Shown in pieces: positions 54,943 to 64,000 of a stretch of DNA of 64,000 bases (its first letter is position 1; every line of letters begins with the position of its first letter). The stretch covers positions 14,224 through 78,223 of the forward strand of contig JAISGP010000142.1 of assembly GCA_031263035.1 (NCBI GenBank). Direction: 5' to 3'. The notes below the pieces were generated by a model, which searched no databases, was not told where the DNA came from, and was given only the letters and a program-made list of their open reading frames with translations. The translations under genes and the position numbers were made by a program. This DNA comes from Lachnospiraceae bacterium. Lineage in GTDB: Bacteria; Bacillota; Clostridia; Lachnospirales; Lachnospiraceae.

Positions 54943-55217
54943 AACAACAAATTTCTTTGATAGGTGTATACACTTAAGAAGTATCTTGTGCCTTAACTGT
55001 AGCACAAGAGTTTCATAGGAAAGTTTCACAACATACTCATAGTTATAAGAAAAATAGAGTTGCTTTTTTATTCCCTAGATGTTATCATATTAGGGCGTAA
55101 GTAAAAGGCGCTCTTTTTTTATTATGCAAAAAAGCCTAAAACGCCCAATACCCTGGATGTTTTTGCAAGATAGAAAAGGTCCATATTTGCGTAAAATAAA
55201 TAAGCGAGGTGAATGTT

Positions 55218-55367
55218 GTGCGTACAAGAATTACTTTAGCATGTACAGAATGCAAACAACGTAATTACAACACTACAAAGAACAAGAAAGACCACCCAGA
55301 GCGTGTGGAAACTAAGAAGTATTGTAAGTTTTGCAAATCTCATACCATGCATAAGGAAACAAAATAG
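55218..55367 (+). CDS. rpmG: 50S ribosomal protein L33 (below the ORF-track cutoff)
   Basis: [49 protein letters not shown], 49 aa, with a GTG start preceded by GAGGTG. It holds the canonical position upstream of secE-nusG. Confidence 0.9.
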   Translation: MRTRITLACTECKQRNYNTTKNKKDHPERVETKKYCKFCKSHTMHKETK

Positions 55368-55395
55368 TCGCGTAATCTTTTAAGGAGTGATTATA

Positions 55396-55590
55396 ATGGG
55401 AAATGAAAGCGAAAAGAAACAGAGTTGGTTTGAAGGTGTATCTAAAGAGTTTAAGAGAATTAATTGGGCTCCAAGAAACCTTGTAATTAAACAATCAATA
55501 GCTGTTGTATCAGTATCTGTTGTTTTAGGTGTTATTATAACTGTTGTAGATTTCCTAATCCAACATGGAGTAGATATCCTAGTAAAATAA
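55396..55590 (+). CDS. secE: Preprotein translocase subunit SecE
   Basis: 64 aa with the F..V..E.K...W motif and a single TM helix. AAGGAG lies 9 nt upstream of the ATG at 55396. Confidence 0.88.
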   Translation: MGNESEKKQSWFEGVSKEFKRINWAPRNLVIKQSIAVVSVSVVLGVIITVVDFLIQHGVDILVK

Positions 55591-55718
55591 TGTCTTTATA
55601 TTATATCTAGACTTTATTTTGATGGATTAATTTTAGGTCTAGAAAGATTGTATTTGAAGTACATTAGTATTTCATCAGTAGTATAAGAAAAGATGTTGAA
55701 AAATTACAAGGAGAAACC

Positions 55719-56255
55719 ATGTCAGAAGGAAGAGGAAAGTGGTATGTAGCTCATACATACTCTGGTTATGAAAACAAAGTAAAAGTAGATATTGAAAAAA
55801 GTGTACTTAATCGTCACTTGGAAGAACAGATTTTTGAAGTCCGTGTTCCAATGGAAGATGTTGTTGAAATTAAAAACGGACAGAAAAAACATGTGCAAAG
55901 AAAAATCTTTCCAGGATATGTACTTGTTCATATGATTATGAATGATGATACATGGTATGTAATCCGAAATACAAGAGGTGTTACAGGTTTTGTAGGCCCT
56001 GGTTCTAAACCGGTTGCTCTTACAGAACGTGAGATGGCAAATCTTGGAATTGGCGGAGAAGGTACTGTTGAAAAAATCAAGATTGATTTTGCAGAAGGCG
56101 ACGTTGTAAACGTTGTAGCAGGACCATGGAAAGATACTTCTGGTGTAGTTACTCATATTAATATACCTAAACAGATAGTTACTATTACTGTTGAGTTATT
56201 TGGTAGAGAAACACCAGTTGAGATTAATTTTGCAGAAGTAAGAAAACTAAGTTAA
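55719..56255 (+). CDS. nusG: Transcription termination/antitermination factor NusG
   Basis: KWYVAHTYSGYENKV... with NGN and KOW domains, in conserved synteny. Confidence 0.95.
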   Translation: MSEGRGKWYVAHTYSGYENKVKVDIEKSVLNRHLEEQIFEVRVPMEDVVEIKNGQKKHVQRKIFPGYVLVHMIMNDDTWYVIRNTRGVTGFVGPGSKPVALTEREMANLGIGGEGTVEKIKIDFAEGDVVNVVAGPWKDTSGVVTHINIPKQIVTITVELFGRETPVEINFAEVRKLS

Positions 56256-56257
56256 TA

Positions 56258-56297
56258 AAAAGTGGGAGAATTAAATTTCGTAGGTACCACAAGGAGG
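56258..56297 (+). promoter_or_regulatory. Structured leader motif overlapping the rplK Shine-Dalgarno (candidate L1-binding rRNA mimic), copy 1
   Basis: AAAGTGGGAGAA-(7 nt)-ATTTCGTAGGTACCAC-AAGGAGG, with GTGG...CCAC closing a helix. It is nearly identical to the copy at 56747. Confidence 0.5.
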
Positions 56298-56306
56298 TAA
56301 TTTAAA

Positions 56307-56732
56307 ATGGCAAAAAAAGTAACAGGTTATATCAAATTACAGATTCCTGCAGGAAAGGCTACTCCAGCTCCACCAGTTGGACCAGCTCTTGGACAACATG
56401 GTGTTAACATTGTTGAATTTACAAAACAATTTAATGCTAAAACAGCCGATCAAGGGGATCTTATTATCCCAGTAGTAATCACAGTTTACAGTGACAGAAG
56501 CTTTAGCTTCATTACAAAAACTCCACCAGCAGCAGTTCTTATTAAGAAAGCTTGTAACATTAAGAGTGGTTCAGGTGTTCCTAACAGAACTAAGGTTGCT
56601 AAGATTTCTAAAGACAAAGTTAGAGAAATCGCTGAAACTAAAATGCCTGATTTAAATGCAGCTAACATTGAAACTGCTATGAGTATGATAGCAGGAACAT
56701 GTCGTAGCATGGGTGTTACAGTAGAAGAATAG
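56307..56732 (+). CDS. rplK: 50S ribosomal protein L11
   Basis: [35 protein letters not shown]... Confidence 0.97.
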   Translation: MAKKVTGYIKLQIPAGKATPAPPVGPALGQHGVNIVEFTKQFNAKTADQGDLIIPVVITVYSDRSFSFITKTPPAAVLIKKACNIKSGSGVPNRTKVAKISKDKVREIAETKMPDLNAANIETAMSMIAGTCRSMGVTVEE

Positions 56733-56746
56733 ATTATAGCATATAG

Positions 56747-56790
56747 AAAGTGGGAGAAGTTATATGATTTCGTAGGTACCACTAAGGAGG
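56747..56790 (+). promoter_or_regulatory. Structured leader motif overlapping the rplA Shine-Dalgarno, copy 2
   Basis: AAAGTGGGAGAA-(11 nt)-ATTTCGTAGGTACCAC-TAAGGAGG. Confidence 0.5.
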
Positions 56791-56799
56791 TTATTTATA

Positions 56800-57492
56800 A
56801 TGAAACATGGAAAGAAATATTTAGAAGCTGCTAAAGCAATTGATCGTACAACTTTATATGATACAGTAGATGCTATTTCTTTAGTAAAGAAATCAGCAAC
56901 TGCTAAATTTGATGAGACAATTGAAGCACATATCCGTACAGGACTTGATGGAAGACATGCTGACCAACAGATTCGTGGTGCTGTTGTTCTTCCTCATGGA
57001 ACAGGTAAAGTAACTCGTATTCTTGTATTTGCTAAAGATGCTAAAGCTGAAGAAGCTAAAGCAGCCGGTGCAGATTATGTTGGAGGCGAGGAACTTATTC
57101 CTAAAATTCAAAAAGAAAACTGGTTTGAATTTGACGTAGTAGTAGCTACTCCTGATATGATGGGTGTTGTTGGACGTCTTGGTCGTGTACTTGGACCAAA
57201 AGGACTTATGCCAAACCCTAAAGCAGGTACAGTAACAATGGATGTTACTAAAGCTGTTAACGACATTAAAGCCGGTAAGATTGAATATCGTCTTGATAAG
57301 ACTAACATTGTTCACGTTCCAGTTGGAAAAGCTTCATTTTCTGAAGATCAATTAAAAGATAACTTTAATACTCTTATGGATGCTATTCTAAAAGCTAAAC
57401 CAGCAGTATTAAAGGGAACATACTTAAAGAGTATTACTCTTACATCTACAATGGGACCTGGAGTAAAGGTTAATCCATTAAAGTTAGGATAG
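56800..57492 (+). CDS. rplA: 50S ribosomal protein L1
   Basis: [20 protein letters not shown]...; 230 aa. Confidence 0.97.
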   Translation: MKHGKKYLEAAKAIDRTTLYDTVDAISLVKKSATAKFDETIEAHIRTGLDGRHADQQIRGAVVLPHGTGKVTRILVFAKDAKAEEAKAAGADYVGGEELIPKIQKENWFEFDVVVATPDMMGVVGRLGRVLGPKGLMPNPKAGTVTMDVTKAVNDIKAGKIEYRLDKTNIVHVPVGKASFSEDQLKDNFNTLMDAILKAKPAVLKGTYLKSITLTSTMGPGVKVNPLKLG

Positions 57493-57556
57493 AGTAGAAC
57501 TCCCCGTTTCTAGTCATAGCTTATTGCAAATAGATTAGAAAAATTTAAAATTATTA

Positions 57557-57586
57557 TTGACATTTGTTATATGTAGATGTTAATAT
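57557..57586 (+). promoter_or_regulatory. Sigma-A promoter of the rplJL operon
   Basis: TTGACA (57557-57562), 17-18 nt spacer, then TTAATA/TAATAT. Confidence 0.6.
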
Positions 57587-57589
57587 ACA

Positions 57590-57712
57590 TAACGATATTA
57601 ACTGCCTAAGACAGCAAGGGAAGGTAACTTCGTAAGAGCATGTATTTGCCCCTCGCCGAGGACGTAATTAAAATAATAATTACACCCCATGTCTTAATGG
57701 CATGGGGTTTTA
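57590..57712 (+). promoter_or_regulatory. Ribosomal protein L10 leader (autoregulatory attenuator) with intrinsic terminator
   Basis: A G+C-enriched structured segment (GCCTAAGACAGCAAGGGAAGG...GCCCCTCGCCGAGGACG) ends in CCCCATG / CATGGGG followed by TTTT (57684-57711), ~50 nt upstream of rplJ. This matches the layout of the Firmicute L10 leader. Confidence 0.65.
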
Positions 57713-57761
57713 TATTTATATAAGGCAGTGAATAAAAAATCTTAAAAGGAGGAAAATATTC

Positions 57762-58385
57762 ATGGCAAAAGTTGAATTAAAACAACCTATTGTTGCTAAA
57801 ATTCAAGAAGAAGTTAAAGATGCAGAATCAGTTGTTCTTGTAGATTACCGTGGAATTTCAGTTGCTGATGACACAAAGCTTCGTAAAGAACTTCGTGAAT
57901 CAGGAGTTGTTTACAGAGTTTATAAGAATACAATGATGAAGAGAGCATTTGAGGGAACTGATTTTGCTCAATTAGATCCACATCTTGACGGACCATCAGC
58001 AGTTGCTATTTCAAAAGAAGATGCAACAGCACCAGCAAGAATCTTAGCTAAATATGCTAAAGATGGCAGTGCTTTAGAATTTAAGGCAGGAGTTGTTGAA
58101 GGAACACTTTACGATGATAAAGGTCTTGTAGAGCTTTCTAAAGTTCCTACAAAAGACGAGTTACTTTCAAAATTACTTGGAAGTATCAAATCACCTATTT
58201 CAAACTTGGCTCGTGTGCTTAGTCAAATCGCTGAGAATGGCGGAGCTACAGAAGCTAAAGAAGAAGTAAAGGCAGAGGAACCAGCTACTGAGGAACCTAA
58301 GGCAGAAGAGCCAGTTGCTGAAGAAGCTAAGGCAGAAGAGCCAGCTGTAGAAGAAGCTAAAGCGGAAGAACCAGCAGCAGAGTAA
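57762..58385 (+). CDS. rplJ: 50S ribosomal protein L10 with an unusual ~45-aa acidic (K/V)AEEP-repeat C-terminal extension
   Basis: It has a canonical L10 body up to ...LARVLSQIAENGG. It then continues ATEAKEEVKAEEPATEEPKAEEPVAEEAKAEEPAVEEAKAEEPAAE. Confidence 0.93.
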   Translation: MAKVELKQPIVAKIQEEVKDAESVVLVDYRGISVADDTKLRKELRESGVVYRVYKNTMMKRAFEGTDFAQLDPHLDGPSAVAISKEDATAPARILAKYAKDGSALEFKAGVVEGTLYDDKGLVELSKVPTKDELLSKLLGSIKSPISNLARVLSQIAENGGATEAKEEVKAEEPATEEPKAEEPVAEEAKAEEPAVEEAKAEEPAAE

Positions 58386-58514
58386 TCTAAAATCATAAAC
58401 TAAATGCTTCAATTAAGCATTTTAAGATTTTATAGGACGTAACTCTTGTAACCGTTATACTAAAGAATGAAGCAAGAGAATAAAAATTAAAAGAATAATA
58501 AGGAGAATAAAACA

Positions 58515-58889
58515 ATGGCAAAATTAACAACAGCAGAATTTATTGATGCTATTAAAGAACTTACAGTTTTAGAATTAAATGACCTTGTTAAGGCATGTGA
58601 AGAAGAATTTGGTGTATCTGCAGCAGCAGGTGTAGCAGTAGTTGCAGCAGGTGGCGGTGCAGAAGCAGCAGCTGAAAAAGATGAGTTTGATGTAGAACTT
58701 ACAGCAGCTGGAGCATCTAAAGTTAAAGTTATCAAAGTAGTTCGTGAAATCACAGGACTTGGACTTAAAGAAGCTAAAGATTTAGTTGATGGAGCTCCAA
58801 AGGTAGTTAAAGAAGCAGTTGCTAAAGCAGAAGCTGAAGAAATCAAAAAGAAATTAGAAGAGCAAGGTGCTGAAGTTACATTAAAGTAA
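58515..58889 (+). CDS. rplL: 50S ribosomal protein L7/L12
   Basis: [25 protein letters not shown]..., Ala-rich hinge, C-terminal domain. Confidence 0.97.
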   Translation: MAKLTTAEFIDAIKELTVLELNDLVKACEEEFGVSAAAGVAVVAAGGGAEAAAEKDEFDVELTAAGASKVKVIKVVREITGLGLKEAKDLVDGAPKVVKEAVAKAEAEEIKKKLEEQGAEVTLK

Positions 58890-58931
58890 TTTTACTTCTA
58901 AAAAATAAATATTGATTACTTGAAAAAGTAA

Positions 58932-58961
58932 TTGACAAGAATAAAGATTTTGTGTTATAGT
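58932..58961 (+). promoter_or_regulatory. Candidate promoter upstream of rpoB (extended -10)
   Basis: TTGACA (58932-58937), 18-nt spacer, then TGtTATAGT. Confidence 0.5.
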
Positions 58962-59015
58962 ATACGTTGCACTATTGTGGGACAAGTGCGTCCAGCAGTA
59001 GCTAACTATATTATA

Positions 59016-59040
59016 ATGCAAAGTCTTTTTTTGCATTTTA
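59016..59040 (+). terminator. Leader hairpin + U-tract (attenuator) in the rpoB 5' UTR
   Basis: ATGCAAA / TTTGCAT 7-bp stem followed by TTTATTT. It lies 25 nt upstream of the rpoB start. Confidence 0.4.
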
Positions 59041-59066
59041 TTTCAACGAAGGAGAGATACATCTAT

Positions 59067-62000
59067 ATGGAGAAGAACAGAATTTATCCAGTAAAAAGTG
59101 GTGTTACATCCAAGACACGTATGAGTTATGCAAGGACAAAAGAAGTATTAGAAGTTCCTAATCTTCTTGAAACTCAATTAGCATCATATGATTGGTTTGT
59201 AAAAGAAGGCCTGGGGGAAATTTTACAAGATATTTCGCCTATCCAAGACCACAGTGGAAATTTAAGCCTAGATTTCATCGACTTCAAGCTTTATAAGGAC
59301 GACTACAAGTATAATATCGAAGAGTGTAAAGACAGAGATGCTACATTTGCAGCTCCACTTCGAGTTAAAGTACGTCTTTTTAATAAAGAAAAAGATGAAG
59401 TAACTGAACATGAAATATTTATGGGTGATATGCCACTTATGACAAGTACGGGGACATTTGTTATAAATGGCGCTGAGCGTGTTATTGTAAGTCAATTAGT
59501 TCGATCTCCTGGAATTTATTATACAATTTCTCATGATAAACTTGGTACAGAGTTATTTTCTAACCAAGTAATTCCTAATCGTGGAGCTTGGTTAGAGTAT
59601 GAAACTGACTCTAATGGTGTTTTTTATGTACGTGTAGATAGACAAAGAAAAGTACCTATTTCTGTGTTTATTCGTGCTCTTGGAGTAGGAACTAATCAAG
59701 AGATTATAGATATGTTTGGTGAAGAACCAAAGATTTATGCTAGTTTTGAAAAGGATACAACAACTAATCATGCAGAAGGTATCCTTGAATTATATAGAAA
59801 ATTACGTCCTGATGATCGTCTTACAGTAGAAAGTGCTGAAAGTCTTTTATCTAGTACATTTTTTGACCCTAAGCGCTATGATATGGCGAAGGTTGGACGT
59901 TTTAAATACAATAAAAAGCTTTCTTTCCGTGAAAGACTTACAGGTCATACTTTGGCAGATAAGGTTATTTCATATACAACAGGAGAGCTTATATGTGATG
60001 CAGGAACTGTTATAACAAGTGAAATGGCAGATGAAATTCAAAATAATGCTGTTCCTTATGTTTATTTAGCAGTTACACATAATGGTGAAGAAAGAAGAGT
60101 TAAAATTCTATCTAATATGATGGTTGAGATTTCTTCTGTTCTTGATATTACTGAAGAAGAGAAAGAAAAACTAGGTATAACTGAACTAGTTTATTATCCA
60201 GTACTTTCAGGTATTATAGATGCAGCTGAAGGTGACATGGATGTTATTAAAGATAGAATTAAAAAAGATATTAGAGATCTTATTCCTAAACATATTACGT
60301 TAGAAGATATTTATGCTTCTATTAACTATAATATTCATCTTGAATATGGTATAGGAACAGATGATGATATTGACCACCTTGGAAATCGTCGTATTCGTGC
60401 AGTTGGAGAACTTCTTCAAAATCAATATAGAATCGGATTTGCAAGAATGGAAAGAGTAGTTAGAGAACGTATGACTACTCAAAATATTGAGGAAGTAACA
60501 GCTCAAAGTTTAATTAATATTAAACCTGTAACAGCTGCTGTTAAAGAGTTCTTTGGTTCATCTCAATTATCACAATTCATGGATCAGAACAACCCTCTTG
60601 CAGAGCTTACTAATAAACGTCGTCTTTCAGCTTTAGGTCCTGGTGGTCTTTCTAGAGATAGAGCCGGATTCGAGGTTCGTGACGTTCACTATTCTCACTA
60701 TGGAAGAATGTGTCCAATTGAGACCCCTGAAGGTCCAAACATCGGACTTATTAACTCACTTGCTACGTATGCAAGAATTAATAAATATGGATTTATTGAG
60801 GCACCATATCGTATTATAGATAAGACTGACCCTGAAAATCCAAGAGTAACTAACGAATATCAATACCTAACAGCTGATGAGGAAGAGAATTATCACGTTG
60901 CTCAAGCTTCTGAACCACTAGACGAAGAAGGACATTTCCTTCATAAAAACGTATCTGGTCGTTATAAAGATGAAACACAAGAATACGAACGCTCAAGATT
61001 TGAATACATGGATGTGAGCCCAATGATGGCATTTTCAGTTGCTACAGCTCTTATTCCATTCCTTCAAAATGACGATGCTAACCGTGCTCTAATGGGATCA
61101 AACATGCAACGTCAGGCAGTACCTCTTATGCTTACAGAAGCTCCTGTTGTTGGTACAGGTTTAGAGCATAAAGCTGCAGTTGACTCTGGTGTATGTATAG
61201 TTGCTGCAAATGATGGTGTAGTTGAATATGTAAGTGCTCGTGAGATTTCTATTAGAGAAGAAGATGGAAATCTTAGAAAATATAAAGTTTCTAAATTCCA
61301 AAGAAGTAACCAAAGTAACTGTTATAATCAACGTCCAATTGTATATAAAGGACAAGAAGTTAAAGCCGGTGATGTAATTGCTGATGGAGCTTCTACTAAA
61401 GACGGAGAATTAGCTCTTGGAAAGAATCCACTTATTGGATTCATGACTTGGGAAGGTTATAACTATGAAGATGCGGTTCTTCTTAGTGAAAGATTAGTAC
61501 AAGATGATGTTTATACATCAATTCATATAGAAGAGTATGAAACAGAAAGCCGTGATACTAAACTTGGAGCAGAGGAAATAACTAACGATATTCCAGGTGT
61601 AGGCGATGATGCTCTTAAAAATCTTGGAGAAGACGGAATTATCCGTATTGGTGCGGAAGTACGTTCAGGAGATATTCTTGTAGGTAAAGTTACTCCAAAA
61701 GGTGAAACTGAACTTACAGCTGAAGAAAGACTTCTTCGCGCGATATTTGGTGAAAAGGCTCGTGAGGTTAGAGATACATCTCTTAAAGTACCTCATGGAG
61801 AATATGGTGTAATTATTGATACTAAAGTATTTACCAGAGATAATGCTGATTTACCACCAGGTGTAAATAAAAGTGTTAGAGTTCTCATTGCTCAAAAGAG
61901 AAAGATTCAAGTTGGAGATAAGATGGCTGGTCGTCATGGTAACAAGGGTGTTGTTTCTCGTGTATTACCAGTAGAAGATATGCCTTTCTTAGAGAATGGA

Positions 62001-62930
62001 CGTCCATTAGACATAGTACTTAACCCTCTTGGTGTACCTTCTCGTATGAACATTGGTCAGATTCTTGAGACACACCTTAGTCTTGCTGCCAGAGCTTTAG
62101 GATTTAACATTACAACCCCAGTATTTAATGGTGCAAATGAAAATGATATTCAAGATACTCTTGAACTTGCAAATGACTATGTAAATACAACTTGGGAAGA
62201 ATTTGAAGAAAAATATAAAGAAACATTACGTCCAGAGGTTATGGAATATCTTGAAACTCATCAAGATCATAAAGCACTTTGGAAGGGCGTTAACATAAGA
62301 AGAGATGGTAAAGTTATTCTTCGTGATGGTAGAACAGGAGAAGAATTTGACTCACCTGTAACAATCGGTCATATGCATTACCTTAAACTTCATCATCTTG
62401 TTGATGATAAGATCCATGCAAGAAGTACTGGTCCTTATTCACTTGTTACTCAGCAACCACTAGGTGGTAAAGCTCAGTTTGGTGGACAACGTTTTGGAGA
62501 GATGGAAGTTTGGGCACTTGAAGCTTATGGTGCATCTTATACTCTTCAAGAAATTCTTACAATGAAATCAGATGATATTGTAGGACGTGTTAAAACATAT
62601 GAGGCTATTATTAAAGGAGATAATATTCCAGAGCCAGGAATTCCTGAAAGTTTCAAGGTTCTTCTTAAAGAGTTACAAGCTCTTGCCCTTGATATATCTG
62701 TACTTAAAGATGGTCATGAAGTTGAAATCAAAGAAAATGTTGATATGGGCAATACTTCTTTCAATCGTATTATTGAAGGAGATTCTCGTAGAGAATATGA
62801 TAACGATTTCAATAAGAGTGGTTATATGCAACAAGAATGGAATAATGACGAGCTTACAGATGTAGAAGAGGATGCGGAAGATTCTTATGATGAAAATGAG
62901 AATCTTATGGATGAAATGGACGAAGAATAG
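59067..62930 (+). CDS. rpoB: DNA-directed RNA polymerase subunit beta
   Basis: [10 protein letters not shown]...[16 protein letters not shown]... with RBS AAGGAGAG. The listed start at 58932 coincides with the promoter hexamer and adds 45 non-homologous residues. The C-terminus has an acidic tail. Confidence 0.97.
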   Translation: MEKNRIYPVKSGVTSKTRMSYARTKEVLEVPNLLETQLASYDWFVKEGLGEILQDISPIQDHSGNLSLDFIDFKLYKDDYKYNIEECKDRDATFAAPLRVKVRLFNKEKDEVTEHEIFMGDMPLMTSTGTFVINGAERVIVSQLVRSPGIYYTISHDKLGTELFSNQVIPNRGAWLEYETDSNGVFYVRVDRQRKVPISVFIRALGVGTNQEIIDMFGEEPKIYASFEKDTTTNHAEGILELYRKLRPDDRLTVESAESLLSSTFFDPKRYDMAKVGRFKYNKKLSFRERLTGHTLADKVISYTTGELICDAGTVITSEMADEIQNNAVPYVYLAVTHNGEERRVKILSNMMVEISSVLDITEEEKEKLGITELVYYPVLSGIIDAAEGDMDVIKDRIKKDIRDLIPKHITLEDIYASINYNIHLEYGIGTDDDIDHLGNRRIRAVGELLQNQYRIGFARMERVVRERMTTQNIEEVTAQSLINIKPVTAAVKEFFGSSQLSQFMDQNNPLAELTNKRRLSALGPGGLSRDRAGFEVRDVHYSHYGRMCPIETPEGPNIGLINSLATYARINKYGFIEAPYRIIDKTDPENPRVTNEYQYLTADEEENYHVAQASEPLDEEGHFLHKNVSGRYKDETQEYERSRFEYMDVSPMMAFSVATALIPFLQNDDANRALMGSNMQRQAVPLMLTEAPVVGTGLEHKAAVDSGVCIVAANDGVVEYVSAREISIREEDGNLRKYKVSKFQRSNQSNCYNQRPIVYKGQEVKAGDVIADGASTKDGELALGKNPLIGFMTWEGYNYEDAVLLSERLVQDDVYTSIHIEEYETESRDTKLGAEEITNDIPGVGDDALKNLGEDGIIRIGAEVRSGDILVGKVTPKGETELTAEERLLRAIFGEKAREVRDTSLKVPHGEYGVIIDTKVFTRDNADLPPGVNKSVRVLIAQKRKIQVGDKMAGRHGNKGVVSRVLPVEDMPFLENGRPLDIVLNPLGVPSRMNIGQILETHLSLAARALGFNITTPVFNGANENDIQDTLELANDYVNTTWEEFEEKYKETLRPEVMEYLETHQDHKALWKGVNIRRDGKVILRDGRTGEEFDSPVTIGHMHYLKLHHLVDDKIHARSTGPYSLVTQQPLGGKAQFGGQRFGEMEVWALEAYGASYTLQEILTMKSDDIVGRVKTYEAIIKGDNIPEPGIPESFKVLLKELQALALDISVLKDGHEVEIKENVDMGNTSFNRIIEGDSRREYDNDFNKSGYMQQEWNNDELTDVEEDAEDSYDENENLMDEMDEE

Positions 62931-64000
<1,070 letters not shown>

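Noticed and set aside
58932-59066. Upstream extension of rpoB (start listed at 58932) and of several other ORFs: 4683, 12442, 13994, 14941, 18682, 35905, 38987, 43449, 52162 and 55387.
   Set aside because: The extensions lack an RBS, add non-homologous residues, or overlap promoters and terminators. Internal ATG/GTG codons with good Shine-Dalgarno spacing give the conserved N-termini.

Overview
Low-GC (about 30% G+C by eye) Firmicutes/Clostridia-type chromosomal segment (the RpoB N-terminus looks Lachnospiraceae-like, which is only a guess). All family names come from reading the translations and motifs. No database search was run.

Gene order:
(1) The 3' part of a wall-anchored multi-domain surface protein.
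(2) A roughly 4.7 kb accessory block bounded by two near-identical terminator hairpins. It holds a DUF4143-type AAA ATPase gene broken by one in-frame TGA, a repeat-rich intergenic region, and a translationally coupled 4-gene LXG (type VII secretion) toxin/immunity cassette with no secretion apparatus in the window.
(3) Housekeeping genes: mutS2, ogg-like glycosylase, yhaM, rlmD-like methyltransferase and a 4-OT tautomerase.
(4) A stand-alone PBECR-type nuclease-fold gene preceded by a G+C-rich structured leader with terminator/antiterminator logic.
(5) A MacB/FtsX-type ABC exporter.
(6) A LacI-controlled sugar locus: fucose-isomerase-family isomerase, split transketolase, FGGY kinase, ribose-type ABC importer with a DUF2291 lipoprotein, and a ribokinase-like kinase.
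(7) dltX-dltA-dltB-(32-aa ORF)-dltC-dltD.
(8) gdh plus a divergent LysR regulator.
(9) An 18 kb surface-fibre region. Two paralogous 486-aa Mga/RofA-like regulators sit, respectively, divergent from a sortase-dependent pilus island (GLUG-repeat tip adhesin, major pilin, 2 class C sortases, basal pilin) and from a 4-gene SipW-type signal peptidase / TasA-like secreted protein operon.
(10) rpmG-secE-nusG-rplK-rplA-rplJ-rplL-rpoB-rpoC(partial).

No rRNA, tRNA, CRISPR array, transposase or integrase was recognised.

The most interesting items are the SipW/TasA-like fibre operon with a polytopic-membrane-domain::peptidase fusion, the orphan LXG cassette whose immunity protein is membrane-anchored, and the unclassified structured leader in front of the PBECR-like gene.
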